A stretch of 52,435 bases of DNA, filler included, from Catajapyx aquilonaris (taxonomy: Eukaryota): assembly GCA_000934665.2 (NCBI GenBank). It is 3 parts of 3 records of this genome, joined end to end, with 100 filler letters (N's around TTAATTAATTAA, not from the genome) between each part and the next. Parts side by side here need not be neighbours in the genome. Positions count along the whole stretch, not along the records: positions 17,140 to 35,312 come from JYFJ02007055.1; 2 more parts are not named here. The stretch is one strand, 5' to 3'. Positions 21,849 to 34,400 of the stretch are shown here, in pieces (within the stretch, counting starts at the first letter, position 1; each line of letters starts with the position of its first letter). Both the position numbers and the translations under genes were made by a program. The notes beneath the pieces are model-generated. The model ran no database searches. It saw only the letters and a list, made by a program, of their open reading frames with translations, and was not told the DNA's origin.

Positions 21849-24805
21849 TTTCCACCCGAAATGAAGCCAGAGACGGCCCAACTCTGCAAGGATAAAGGTG
21901 GGAACTACGGGTGGGGATTGAACCCGGGACCTTCATCACCATTACCGTGGCGCCACTTCATCTCCCCACAACGACGATAAATTGAAACATAGAAAGTAGA
22001 AAAATGTTGAAATGTTAAAATTTAATTTATAACTCTAATGTGGCAACACCTGAACCGCACGGTAGGGTGGGTGCATAAAAAACATTTTTTTTTCCACGAG
22101 TACATGTAAGTACCTACATGTCATCTAGTTCATCTTGAAGGAGATGGCCGTGGCTTTGTAACCATTTTTTTTCCTCACACCGAGGAGTCAGCTGCACAAC
22201 TGAACCAAAAAGCTTTTTTACTCTGCCATACTCTTCTGTGTGATTTTCCTGAATCCTTATCCTCACTTTGTGGAAAAACCTGACGTGATAAAGAAAAAGC
22301 TCGGCATTTCTGAACTCAGCGTATCGAAATACATTAGAAACACATTAAACTGTGCAGAAAAAATAAATAAAAAGTATTTTTTCGCAGGCCTGTGTAATCA
22401 GTATGCAGTATCGTGCATTATTGGCAAATGGCAGGGAGAAAACTTTTGTGTATTCATAGCAAAAGTGACAATCTGGCTATAACCGACCTCGATTAAACTT
22501 ACTTTTTTCCGCGGTCCCTTGAATGCTGTTATACATCTCGAGTCAACTGTATTGTTGTTACTTTTGCATCTTTTTTATTGCCTAGCACTACTGTGCACGT
22601 AATGTATGATTGGTAAACGCTAACCTGTGCAAAAAGCCCTTGCCTTTTCGGTGGTGGTCTGGAACTGAACTAAATGTATTACATAGGTATTCTTGTATTT
22701 CTCACAAATAAAAAACTGCTACTATGGCCGCCATGTAAACAGCCATTATATCCCACTCTTGCACCCTTAGGAATTGTTTTTGGCCCGTCAAGGATTCTGC
22801 ACAGGGGGTGGCAGAAGGCAGGGCTTCCAAAATCCTCCCTCTCTACTCCATATCCTCTGAGACCTGGTGTCGACATCAGATTTTTTTGGCGCCAACTAGT
22901 GATGCCAACAGAACTGTAATATGTTGGTATCCCATGGTTACAATCTGGCCTCAATAGGTGTAGCCACCTAGTGTCCAATATCTGACTTGGGCCATGAAAA
23001 TTAAATCGCCGATAAAATGGCGGATTCCGCTGCTGAAGCTAGGCGCTCATCTGATAAGTAAATTTTTTTACTCATATTTAGAGTGCGATTTTCGCAATGC
23101 AGTGAATGTCCTGGGATTCGCAAGGAATGTGCATTAGGAAATACGAAAAGATGCGCCTGTTACAATCTTTGTTGCTGTAGAGAACTGGTAATTTCCTTTT
23201 CTCCCTGAGACCAAATGCCCATTTAAATGGACATCCGAAAAATGGCATTTTTAGCTGAATGGGCTGTGACTTTTCTTTAAGTGCCTGTACCTATACACTC
23301 ATAAGGACGTGTGCTTTGCACTATGCAGTTCAGTTTTAAAATCTAGAATAGCAAGGTACCACTCTCGCGGGTAAGAAGGGAAGGAGCAAGCCCCATCCCT
23401 GGAGTGGTGGCGTTCGAAAATAATTTCATTTATCTTTAATTGTCTTCTGAGAGGAACTGCTACCACGAATTCCACAAATGAATTTAAAAAACATTGTTTT
23501 GAGGATAGCGCACTATGTTAGTGATCCATTAAGTGGTATTTAAATTTTCAGCTTTCATCCGTTCTGCTTTTGTAGCACCAATTGGGTCCTAATGTTCTCA
23601 TTGGTTGTTTGTCACTATTTTTGTCGATATTTTAAAACTAAATTTTTTTTCTCGTTTCTAATTGGGAAAATGTTCAGAAAATGCAATAGGAACTGACACA
23701 GCATTAAAAATTCTTCTCAGGTCTCAGGAGGATATCACAAAAACAAGTTGGAGAGTGGAGAGAGCAGTTGAAGATTGCCAGGTGGTATACATTGTCACTG
23801 GAAGCCAGCAAGGGTAGTAAGGGAATGCATGCTCCATCTGTATTAAAAAAAAAAANAACCTCTGCAACCTTTCCCTGTTGCCAGCTCTTTTCCTTGCACT
23901 TTCTACCACACTTTTGGAAACCCTGGAAAGACCAAGACAATTCCACCGGAAGGCTACAGAGTATCCGCCCCAGCAGGCTGGTCATCAATGAATTTTGCTG
24001 GCGATCCAGCATCAACTGGCTCCCTTTGAATGGAAGTTTCCAACTTGTGATGATTTTTATACAGGATCCCATCTAGCAGCAACAACATTTTGATCCCAGT
24101 GCCACAATGCAACATCCCACGACAGGTCCACCTTGGTTCCTGCTCTTCCTCCTGCTCGCCTCCCCCTGCTTAGCCTACATCATTTTGATGTCATCAGCTC
24201 CGTGCTCTCGAGCGAGTGTGTGGAAGGCCTCTGCCAGTATACGGGTCCAGGAGCCACCACCACTCCTTGGCCCCTGAATTACTTCGCCTTCCAATGGTAA
24301 TGAAAATGCAGAAGGATGCAGCAAAGAACCAATTATTAAGCAAGCACTGGAATTTTTACAAGCACAACCTTTGATGTTCATTTCTGTGATCCAAATAGAA
24401 TTTGGAAGCAAGTAGTGTTGGCCAATTCTGCAATGTGTAGGGACAATTTCGAAATGCCCAGCAAGCACATGTTCAATAAGACCTTGCATTGTTAGTTCTG
24501 GGCTGAAGCAACATAGCCGACAGAAGGATATTTTTGGTCATACCATCTTGGCTTGGCCCAATCTTCTTGTGAGAGTACATTTGGCAGCAATTGGCAAAAA
24601 TAGTTCTGAAATCAACAATAGTGAGCCCGAGGACTACTTCCAAAACAGTTTGGAAAGGAAGCCTATTGTTACGTTGGTTGTTTACATGTTCGCTACACTG
24701 TAGTTGTTGTTGATTTCTGAACAGTAACGGCTGAACTGAGAACAGGGTTCCACTTTCCGTCCATCAATCTAAAGGTATTCCAGATAGCAAAGTGCAAATA
24801 ACATA

Positions 24806-25248
24806 CAGGGTGAAGAAATTCTTATGCATAATTGCCAGGTAGACTGATAGTGCTCGCAAAATATAGGGATGTGCAATTAGTTTTGGGCGCCGTTGCATAG
24901 TTAATGTATACGGCGCCTTTAAAGTGTAGTGCGTCATATGGTAAAATATGATTTTAAAAAAACGACAAAGTGCAGGCATGTCGCACCCAGATTCTTACTC
25001 GGATGGGATTTGATCACCTATTGCCCATGGACAATGCATTACGGACCCAAGGACGGATTAATCGTAGGCCCTCGAGCTGACTTTTGCTTCTTTGAAACTG
25101 GCAGAGAGGATGTGACATCACAAAACTTTAAAGGCGCTGTACGCATTAACTACGCAACGACGCCAAAAACTTAATACAAATCCTTATATTAGTTTTGCGA
25201 GTACCATCAGTCTACCTGGCGATTATGCGCGAGAATTTATTCATCCTG
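24806..25248. mobile_element. Tc1/mariner MITE
   Basis: TA|CAGGGTGAAGAAATTCT ... AGAATTTATTCATCCTG|TA with ~120-bp imperfect arms. It lies 22 bp from the eIF4B exon donor. Confidence 0.8.
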
Positions 25249-25270
25249 TAGTACAACAATGTAGCCTTAC

Positions 25271-25417
25271 CTTCAATCTCGTTTTCCATTTCCTCTGCCC
25301 AGGAAGTATTCGTTCGTGGGGCCATAACAATGGTTTGACCTGCTCCTGCATCATTTTCACCTGCTAAGAACTCCGACAAAGCTACTGTCGTACCCTTGCT
25401 CTTCCTCCCTTTCTTTC
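25271..25417 (-). CDS. eIF4B: Eukaryotic translation initiation factor 4B, N-terminal internal exon
   Basis: ctttgcag acceptor and gtaagg donor, phase 1/1. (G)KKGRKSKGTTVALSEFLAGENDAGAGQTIVMAPRTNTSWAEEMENEIE matches the eIF4B motif KK.KKG.T.SL..FL...SWA.E. Flanking exons were not identified in this contig. Confidence 0.85.
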
Positions 25418-25772
25418 CTGCAAAGTAAGGCAGTTTTATTCACTCATCCTATTCACATGGATATCTTCTACCCTGTTCCCTGCACTGAGCAAAGGCAATC
25501 AGTGAAATCAGCTTACTGCCAAACTCAATGACTGCTTGGTACTTGAGAAAGTGTATTATATACAGAAATCGATTCTTGAGCTTTTCATTGTCATGTATCC
25601 CTTCTACCACTTGGATTTATGAATCCCTTCTGGCATTTCTGTTAAGTCTGGCAGGTGACAGTACTACTTTGGGGCATAGTCTAGCTTCTATACGCCTTCA
25701 CCCATCCAATTTAATTACCCCAGTCTGTAGCTAGAGTATTATACGAGGGCGAGTAACATGAAAACATATATA

Positions 25773-26685
25773 CAGGGGTTGAACAGAATAATGGGGCCCC
25801 CTGCAAAAAGCGGTTGAAATTTCGGTTTATTCGAAAACTGGAAAAGTTACAGACTTTTACCGAGTTTTAAAGCTCTATCGATGTACATTTGTTGAGGTAT
25901 GCAGATGACACAAAAATCATGAGAAGGGGAGAGAACCAAAGACAAACGATACCCCCCCCCCCCAGACCCCATTTTTGACCAGTTTCTCACCCTTTTCATT
26001 TGAAAATGAAAACAGTTCCAGATATGTACTTGACTGGGTTTTGAAGCTCTATCAATGTCACTTTGTGTGATATAGAGATTGACCAAAATTACCCACAGGG
26101 GGCGGGGTGAGAAATAGAAATGACACCCCCCTTCCCTGGCACTAAATCTGAGAAGAGGTGGGACAAAATAATGTATAGTACGTTTGGGTCTAATTTTCGT
26201 CCCACTGCTAGTTAATGCTAACTTAGCAGCACCAGTGCCAAATATGGTACTGGTAAGTTAGTAGTAACTAGCAGTGGGACGAAAAGTCAACCTCTTCTCA
26301 GATTTAGTGCCGGGGAAGGGGGGTGTCGTTTCTATTTCTCCCCCCCCTCGTAGGTAATTTTGGTAAATCTTTATATCACACAAAGTGACATCGATAGAGC
26401 TTCAAAACCCCGTCAAGTTCACATCTGTAACTGTTTTCGTTTTCAAATGAAAAAGGTGGGACACTTTGGTCAAGAATGGGGTCTTGGGGGGGGGGGGGGG
26501 TTCGTCTTTTGTTTCTGTCTCCTTCTCGTGATTTTTGCGTCATCTGCATACCTCGACAATGTGCATCGATAGAACTTGAAAACCAGGTAAACATCATCGT
26601 TGTAACTTTTCCAGTTTTCAAATAAAATAGACGTGCAGTTTCAACAGCTTTTTGCAGGGCGCCCTATTATTCTGTCCAAACCATG
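25773..26685. mobile_element. Tc1/mariner-type long-arm MITE
   Basis: TA|CAGGGGTTGAACAGAATAAT ... ATTATTCTGTCCAAACCATG, with ~380-bp imperfect inverted arms. Confidence 0.8.
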
Positions 26686-27164
26686 TTATCTATCATCAGT
26701 CAACACTATGCAGAGTTGGATATTTTAGGGGCGGGAGCCCCTAAGACCGTACATTGGACTTGCGTGGATTATGCCTGGGCCTACCACTACAGTGTGATGA
26801 ATAAGACGATATGAAGTTTTACAGCTATTTTATCTAGGTTAAAGTAATAATTTATTGTGCCTTGCTATTTCATATTTTTTTCTTGTCAAAATAATTGGTA
26901 CACTGGCAACTTCATGCTAAAATAACACTTAAAACCATTAGTTAAATTCACAGCCTACAGCAGCAATATTGCAGCCTAATTATCCGCTGGCAACCCCAGC
27001 CTTTTGGGGAAAAGCCGTGAAGGATGATGACGATAATTCTTACTCTATTTAAAATGTTACTTCAAAATAATTTCTAAATTCATTGCACTAGCAATTTTTT
27101 CCCCAGTTCACAGGTAATATTAGCCCTTCTTCTTTCAACTTACAAGACCCTAATGTAACTCTAC

Positions 27165-28064
27165 AATGATCAGTATAACACCTACTATTTACGGAAAGTC
27201 TATCGTTTATCCGCACCTAGCGATGCGGCGGAGTTGGGAAGGTGTGGTGGGCTCCAAACATGTTGGCTACGGGTCGCAAACAATGGGTTGCCGGGAGAGC
27301 ACAACAAAGGGCGTCTTGTTACCCCTGCCACGCAAACCGATCAGACGAGTGCTAGGACCACAGTATTAATGAAGGAGGTGGGAAATATGAAAGCCATGAT
27401 GGTTGCTGCAGTCCGCTAACCCAAAGAACGACATTTCATCAAGCAACCGTGAAGGCATTCGAATTTGGCTGGCAGCAGTATCAAGGCACCCAATTGTTTG
27501 CAACGCAACGTTGCCAACCATCGGGAGGCCCTCCGCCCGCCCAACCCGACCGCATTGTTAAGGTGCGGATAAACAATAGTTTATCCCTATTTACATTGTA
27601 TTTGGTATTACAAGTAATCTAGAGATGATTTCAAGATACGGGAGGATGGGGGGGNGGGGGGGGGGGGGGTGGTCTACTGGCTATGCTACTGGCCAGCCAA
27701 GCGGGAGGTCAGGGGTTCAAATAGCGTCCCCTTCACTTGGTAGGGTCTTTTTCCGCTTATCACACAACATGTCCAAGCAGACTTGCACTCCCTTCTCTGC
27801 CCAGGACCACGAGAAAAGGTCTGGTATTTAAGAGGGTCAAACATGACTAAAAACTATTTAAGAGCACCCTCCCTTGGGGATATCCCCTTCCCCCCTAAAA
27901 GGGCCCATGGCCCTATCACATGGTAATTTTTTTAAAGTACATGGGAGGATGTGTGCAGCTATTAAATATGCATATACTATTTTATACAAGGAGCTTCAGC
28001 ATCCTGAGATTTTGGTATGTGCGGACATTAGAACCAATCCCCTGTGGATATGAAGGGCCCAGTG
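27165..28064 (+). mobile_element. pogo/Tigger-like (Tigger3/Golem-like) 3' end, fragmented
   Basis: tttacattgtatttggtattacaagtaatctagagatgattt...gggaggatg and agcatcctgagattttggtat...gaaccaatcccctgtggatatgaagggcccagtg|TA resemble the Tigger3 3' end as I recall it. Not verified by alignment. Confidence 0.55.
27192..27587. mobile_element. TIR MITE nested in the Tigger-like element
   Basis: Inverted ends ctatcgtttatccgcaccta / aaggtgcggataaacaatag, flanked by TA. Confidence 0.6.
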
Positions 28065-28569
28065 TATGGGCAATTCCACGTGAACGTGATCACCTTTTGC
28101 CCGAAAAAATTTGCCCGTCGATGAGTGTGAGATATGTTTGAGTCCATGTCAAGTTATGACCTTTCCCATAAGGATTTGGTCCGCCGATGCGTGGTTGCCT
28201 ATCTACAGGCGCTAATTGCACTTCGATCACGGTTAGAGGCGCCCCCCTATTACATTTACATGACAACGTAAATGCATGATGTAATATATGTTTCATGTGT
28301 GAAATTGTCTCCCCTTTCCGACAAAAATAGTCACTTTCCGATAGCTGTGCAAATTCATGTCAAAAAGCGACATTTTTGCAAACAAATGACATTTTCAAAA
28401 AAGTGCCAAAGTCAAATGTCATCACATTGATATCAAAATACACCTCAGTGTCCTCTATCAGTGGTACAAATGGAATTTTGGAATACGAAATGGTTACGGA
28501 GCTATAGGTACTGACGTGGAGCGCTGCGCTAGTGGCCACGCCGCTGAATGAAAATGAGCGGCCCACCTA

Positions 28570-28692
28570 TAGATGGGTCGGCGAACGAACGCAAGCAGAT
28601 GGCCAATTTTATGACAGGTCGGAATACAGTTTGTAATGTAATTCCTGTAATAAAATTGGGCACCCGCTTGCGTTCGTTCACCGACCCATCTA
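28570..28692. mobile_element. 123-bp hairpin MITE with TA TSD
   Basis: TA|TAGATGGGTCGG...CCGACCCATCTA|TA. The empty site is visible in the opposite TIR (ggacctaggtggg, ~29626-29638). Confidence 0.85.
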
Positions 28693-28820
28693 TAGGTCCG
28701 TCTTCATGTCTCAGGTAGTGTACGCTTGTCCTTTGTGTTTAATTCACTTAATAATATAGTTCATGTAGTTATAGTTTTAATATATCTAGAAATAGTTCCA
28801 AATAAATTTGGTCCGCTACT

Positions 28821-29280
28821 GGGCAATTCCACGTGAACGTGATCACCTTTTGCACAAAAAAAATCTGGCCATTGATAAGTGTCAAAGTGTGAGGAGATAT
28901 GTTTAGGTCCATGTTAGAACCTTTCGGCTTTCGCATAAGAACTTGGTCCGCTGATGCGTGGTTGCCTCTCTACAGGCGTAAATATATTGTACTTTGATCA
29001 CATTTACACGACAATGTAAATGCTTGATATGATACAAGTTTCATGTGTGAAATTGTCTCCTCTTTTCGACAAAAATGCTAACTTCCTGACAGATGTGCAA
29101 ATTCATGACAAAAAGCGAGAATTTTGCAAACAAATGAAATTTTCGAAATGAGAGCCCAAGTTAAATACCATCAGTCATCACATTGATATCAAAAAATTCC
29201 TCATAGTGTCCTCTATCAGCCATACAAACGGAATTTTGGCATATGCAAGGGTTACGGAGCTATAATCATTGACGTGGAGG
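28821..29280 (+). mobile_element. Diverged extra left arm of the same Sola2-like family, nested inside it
   Basis: Starts GGGCAATTCCACGTGAACGTGATCACC and is colinear with 28068-28520, with many substitutions. Confidence 0.8.
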
Positions 29281-30182
29281 GGTGCAGGTGTGCAATATAT
29301 TCCATTATAAAGTGAAAGCAAGGGGCCAGTATGGATCCGCACGGAATTCCGTACAGGCCTCAACAGTGAACATTCATTTGGACTGTGACTAGGAACGAAT
29401 AGAGGAATTAACATAAAAATAAAAAGTAGGCTCCATGTTTCTCTATTGTAAATAATCAAGCATATTTTAACACACACTTGACACTTGTGAAAATTGAAAC
29501 TTTGTTGAACATGACAAGGGAATTTTCATTTATTCTTACTATTCTATGGTAAAATTTTTTTGAACTATATTATTAAGTGAATTAAACACAAAGGACAAGC
29601 GTACACTACCTGAGACATAAAGACGGACCTAGGTGGGCCGCTCCTTTTCATTCAGCGGGCGGGGCCACTAGTGCAGCGCTCCACGTCAGTACCTATAGCT
29701 CCGTAACCATTTCGTATTCCAAAATTCCATTTGTACCACTGATAGAGGACACTGAGGTGTATTTTGATATCAATGTGATGACATTTGACTTTGGCACTTT
29801 TTTGAAAATGTCATTTGTTTGCAAAAATGTCGCTTTTTGACATGAATTTGCACAGCTATCGGAAAGTGACTATTTTTGTCGGAAAGAGGAGACAATTTCA
29901 CACATGAAACATGTATTACATCGTGCATTTACGTTGTCATGTAAATGTAATAGGGGGGCGCCTCTAACTGTGATCCAAGTGCAATTAGCGCCTGTAGATA
30001 GGCAACCACGCATCGGCGGACCAAATCCTTATGGGAAAGGTCATAACTTGACATGGACTCAAACATATCTCGCACTCATCGACGGGCAAATTTTTTCGTG
30101 CAAAAGGTGATCACGTTCACGTGGAATTGCCCGTATATGCATCAACAGTAATGATGTTGGCAATAAGGCCGCAGAGATGAGT

Positions 30183-31768
30183 CAAGGATCTGTTGCAGGA
30201 TTTATATTGCTGTGGAACACGATAATTTAACGTTGATATGGTTTCCAATATTAGATTAAAAATATGTTTTTTTCCATATTTTGTTCTCGGAGTTGTGCTA
30301 ACCTGGGCTTGAAAGCGATTTGTTGACCTTTAAAAAGGCCTAAGATGATAGGAAGCTTGCAGAATTGTATTTTTTATGGCAATGGTAGATGTCTATTTTC
30401 ATAGTTGTAAATTGCTCAGCATAACTTATAATTAATAAAATTAACGATTGTGAACAGCTGCTTGTGGAAACACAGGAATTTCAAAGGGGAAAAATTATTT
30501 TGCACCTGCTGATTTCCTTGACATTCAGATTATTTTAGCTAACAATGTGTGACTCAACATGGTATGTAATCTACTTCTGTCATAAAAATAACAATTATGT
30601 AAAATTCCTCATGCCTTTTGTGGTCATTTTTAAAATATTAAAAAGTGACTTTCAAGTTTAGATTTTCACAATTCAGAGAACAAATAGATTCACTTTTAAA
30701 AATCAAATATCGTTAGGAACAAGTACCACTGTGAATTATTGTGGTAGGGGAAACCGTACAGTGATGGCCCACTGCACCTTGGTTCTTTAAGAAATAGGCA
30801 GTGTAAATGACATAACATGAAGAAATGATCATGGTGTGACACCTGTGGTCCTTGGCATGAACTAGCTAGGTCAAAAATCAGTCCACAGCTGGCATTGCAA
30901 GAGCAGTAATGGCATCTGACACAGACACCTACTGGTCATGTTGGAATGCAGCTGGTAAATGTTAACTTTTTTCTTAAGGACTTTCTTGCATTGTAAGTGT
31001 GTTTCTGGTCTCAGAAATAGCAATGTGAGGTATATGAAATTATTGATCTAGAAGTGCTTTATTGAAGCATGGGATTGAAACCAGTCCCTTGTTCAGGAGT
31101 ATGAATTCATTAGGATTGCCATGACTGTCCAGCATCTAATGACGTTTCATAGTGATGGCCATGCCATGGCCATTACTGTGTTAGGCTTTAAAAAATTGAA
31201 TGCCACATATGTTGGCTTAAGTATCATTATCACAAGAGTTATTCTTGGAGAGAAATGACAGCAATGATTTAGGAGGAAATATAAATCCATAGGCCTATCT
31301 TATTGTGTGTAACAGCCAAACTTATTCTTGTATGGGACGAATACCTGCAAAATAAAATAATGATATTTCTTCACAACCTGTAAAGGCGTTTGTGTGACTT
31401 TATCTCATATCAGTCAGGCCTACTTTCCTAATACTGATGGGGTCCCTACTTTTGTCACTACTGTAGATAGCCTATTGTTTTGTTGCCTTGGCCATCACTA
31501 TCTTGACACCTGGCAATATATTACTATCTGGATGGGTGGCCATTACTGACTTTTAAGTAGGTATATTTTGTGCATTAAAATATATATACACATTCTGACA
31601 GATTTGAGTGAATAAGATGCAGTGTGAGTTGTTAGAAAAATATTTTAGAACATCTACGTGGAAAGAAAAGGTGAGGATATTCATGTATTGCTGAGACCAA
31701 TACACTTAACTGCCCATCACTGAATGGTTTACCCTACACAGCAACATCAATCCTGCAACAGATCCTTG
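30183..31768. mobile_element. Unclassified TIR element containing a second TIR element (~30747-31734)
   Basis: Outer inverted repeat caaggatctgttgcaggat..attgctgtg / cacagcaac..atcctgcaacagatccttg. Inner element TA|ggggaaaccgtacagtgatgg ... ccatcactgaatggtttaccc|TA. No outer TSD seen. Confidence 0.55.
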
Positions 31769-33069
31769 CAAGACAATGACAAACTTGCAGTTGCTATACT
31801 ATCAGGCCGCCTCTTGCATCTCCATACAACAGTACTGGTAGTAACAAGCCAATGAATAATGCTTTCTACACCATCTCAGCTGGGCCTGCTGCATCTGTAT
31901 CCTAGCTCAGGCCAAGGGTTGCATCATCACCAAGCAAAGCAATTAGGCAGAATATCTGATTTCATCTATAAACAACAAATTAAGCATGAAGGTGACAGGG
32001 TTAAGGCAGCAAGTATTAGGTCTACATGACATTCCAGCTATGCTACCTCGATATTCCCAACCCCAGGGTATGCCCAAAACTTCATGACTGGTAAAATTGG
32101 AGCTGCTACATAGCAATAGAAATTCTGGGTTTGGGAATTCAGGATATCCAAGCCTCACAAGACAGTGTCATGCATGCCTAGTCACTTAACTTGAAGCATT
32201 TTATGAACAATCAATGCAAATTGGCCCTTTGAAATTTTAACTCCAATGGCGAGTTTTGTCAATGCAAATAACAGATAAAATTACAAATATTATGCGTAAG
32301 TGAAAATTTTCTCCTTACTTTGCGATAATACAACTAGCCCAAAAAGAACACGCGGTGTGACGTATGCTCACATCATACTCTCCTGAATGCTTAACCCTTT
32401 GATGACTACGAACATCATATGATGTCTTGAGATTTGCCCTGCCAACTTGGGTCATTTTTCAACTCATTAATTCCAACCTCACCGATTTTCTTGAAATTCG
32501 GTGCATTGGTAGCCCATCCCAAGGGATGAAAAAAACACCAATAATGACCTGATCAAAATGACCCTGTGACCCGATTTTGAGGGGGGCAGAGGTCAAATCA
32601 TGAAATTCCGATCCAAAAATCGGGCAAAAAATCCAGATTCCGAATGTGCAATCGTTTTTTTCTACGCCCAACGGTAACACGGAAAATCATATATCTACAC
32701 ACGTCGTCTGCTAAGAAGGGCGATTCAACACCATCCCGCGGCAAACCGGAGAAGTGTAGCGCGCGCAGTGCTGATAGGTGGCGCAGGTGTCGTGAACAGT
32801 TGCATACGGTTCGAATACGTTCAGGTTTGAATTCGCGGGCAGAGCTGCGCCTGCTCCATTTCCCATTCCTGCCGACAGGCGGCGAGGGTGTCGTGAACAG
32901 TAGCATACGGTTGCAACCGTATCGCCAAAATAAGCATAATGATCCGGTTCCCCTGGGGTCATCGTTCATCGGAAGAAATAATTATTGGTGTCGTTGGAAT
33001 CGTATTTTTTTGCCCAATTTTTGGGGGCCAACTTGTATTTTGAGTGGAGTGTCCTTTTAATAGATTCGC

Positions 33070-33320
33070 CATTTTGAATCCGGATCTAGAAGCTTATTGA
33101 TGGCTTAGCTTTAGCAGCTAATTATTTTGGATAAGAGTATGCTGTACCAACCTAACCTTCCTTCCTTGCGGATACAGATGTGTATCCGCTGATGATAGGT
33201 CTGTATGGCTGAAGATAGGTCTGTATCCGCAAGGAAGGAAGGTTAGGTTGGTACAGCATACTCTTATCCAAAGTAATTAGCTGCTCAAGCTAAGCCATCA
33301 ACCGCGTCGGATTCAAAATG
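33070..33320. repeat. Near-perfect inverted repeat (~80-bp core arms)
   Basis: ttgatggcttagc...ccaacctaaccttccttccttgcggatacag / ctgtatccgcaaggaaggaaggttaggttgg...gctaagccatcaa. Confidence 0.8.
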
Positions 33321-33836
33321 ACGGCCCCATTAGGAGGTGGGGGCCAAAGTAGCACAACGGCTATTTCCATATTAAGCAGTCACAGCTTTCTGAATATGCT
33401 CACACTCCACTCGGATTGAAACAGTTGGCAGACCTGTTTTGGTGGTGAGGGCAATTGGCTGTCAGGGCATTTGGCGGTGAGGGAAATTGGCTGCCAGGGT
33501 ATTGGCGGAGAGGGCATTTGGCTGCCAGGGTGGCGACCCCATTGGTAGCCCACCCCAAGGGATAACAAGCGCACGGATAGTTACCTGATCAAAATGACCC
33601 TGAGACTCATATTGGAGGGGGGCAGAGGTCAAATTCCGACCTCACCGATTCTCTTGAAATTCGGTGCAATGGTAGCCCACCTCAAGGGAGGAAAAGCGCA
33701 CCTATAGTCACCTGATCAAAATGACCATGTGACCCACTTTTGAGGGGGAGGGGGGGTCAAAGGTCAAATCATGAAATTCCAACCTGAAATTTGGTGCAAT
33801 GGTAGCCCACCCCAAGGGATGACAAAGGCACCTATA

Positions 33837-34400
33837 CAGGGTGGTCGGTAAATGGCGGACAAGCTTCAGGTAGCGAGATTCCTTGTGAAAAACCAGTATA
33901 TGGCAGTGAAGGTCATATTGCTCTACGAGGCATGGTTAGGGCTCACGAGGCCTCCAAAGTTTGGTCCAAATCATGACATCACATCCGCCCGCGAAATTCA
34001 AACACTGCCGTATCGCTACCGTACGCGGCGTGTTGCTAGGCGTTGCCATCTACCACATGTTCCCCAAACAATGGAACCGTATAAACTGGCTGGGACATTG
34101 CCAGGCATTGCCGTACCGTCGTCGCAGAGTTCCTGGCAACGTCCCGGCGAGTTTATACGGTTCCATTGTTTGGTGAACATGTGGTAGATGGCAACGCCTA
34201 GCAACACGCCGCGTACGGTAGCAATACGGTAGTGTTTGAATTTCGCGGGCGGATGTGATGTCATGATTTGGACCAAACTTTGGAGGCCTCGTGAGCCCTA
34301 ACCAGGCCTCGTAGAGCAATATGACCTTCACTTCCATATACTGATTTTTCACAAGGAATCTCGCTACCTGAAGCTTGTCTGCCATTTACCGACCACCCTG
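33837..34400. mobile_element. Tc1/mariner palindromic MITE, family A, second subfamily
   Basis: Same termini as 340-891, TA-flanked, and inserted in a piggyBac-like subrepeat. Confidence 0.92.

Larger units (their letters stand above)
19960..21967 (-). mobile_element. tRNA-derived SINE split by the Spy-like element (head 21849-21967, body ~19960-20086)
   Basis: B box ggttcaatccc on the minus strand. The joined halves (ctctggcttcatttcgggtggaaa|tttcctaaagactaatccacccgg) align with the SINE at ~18945-18990. Confidence 0.75.
17888..22394. mobile_element. Chapaev3-like composite non-autonomous element with nested insertions
   Basis: TAA|CACAGGCCTGCGA ... TCGCAGGCCTGTG|TAA, i.e. CAC termini with a 3-bp TWA TSD. 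A second left-end copy at ~19649-19760 makes the pairing of ends uncertain. Confidence 0.6.
28068..30132. mobile_element. Sola2-like non-autonomous element
   Basis: GTAT|GGGCAATTCCACGTGAACGTGATCACC ... GGTGATCACGTTCACGTGGAATTGCCC|GTAT: GRG termini, a 4-bp TSD and near-perfect arms of >500 bp. Confidence 0.8.

Noticed and set aside
23704..24489. Cluster of ~100-120-aa ORFs considered as eIF4B RRM exons or a transposase
   Set aside because: No LPTAPR/RNP motifs or DDE motifs, and no consistent frame.
30503..30525. ATGTCAAGGAAATCAGCAG|gtgc on the minus strand as eIF4B exon 1
   Set aside because: Phase-compatible, but the donor is weak, it lies inside a TIR element, and there is no promoter-like context.
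33852..34385. Paired 111-aa ORFs on opposite strands (similarly 25847-26572 and 28090-30110)
   Set aside because: Mirror-image products of palindromic MITE arms, with no protein motifs.
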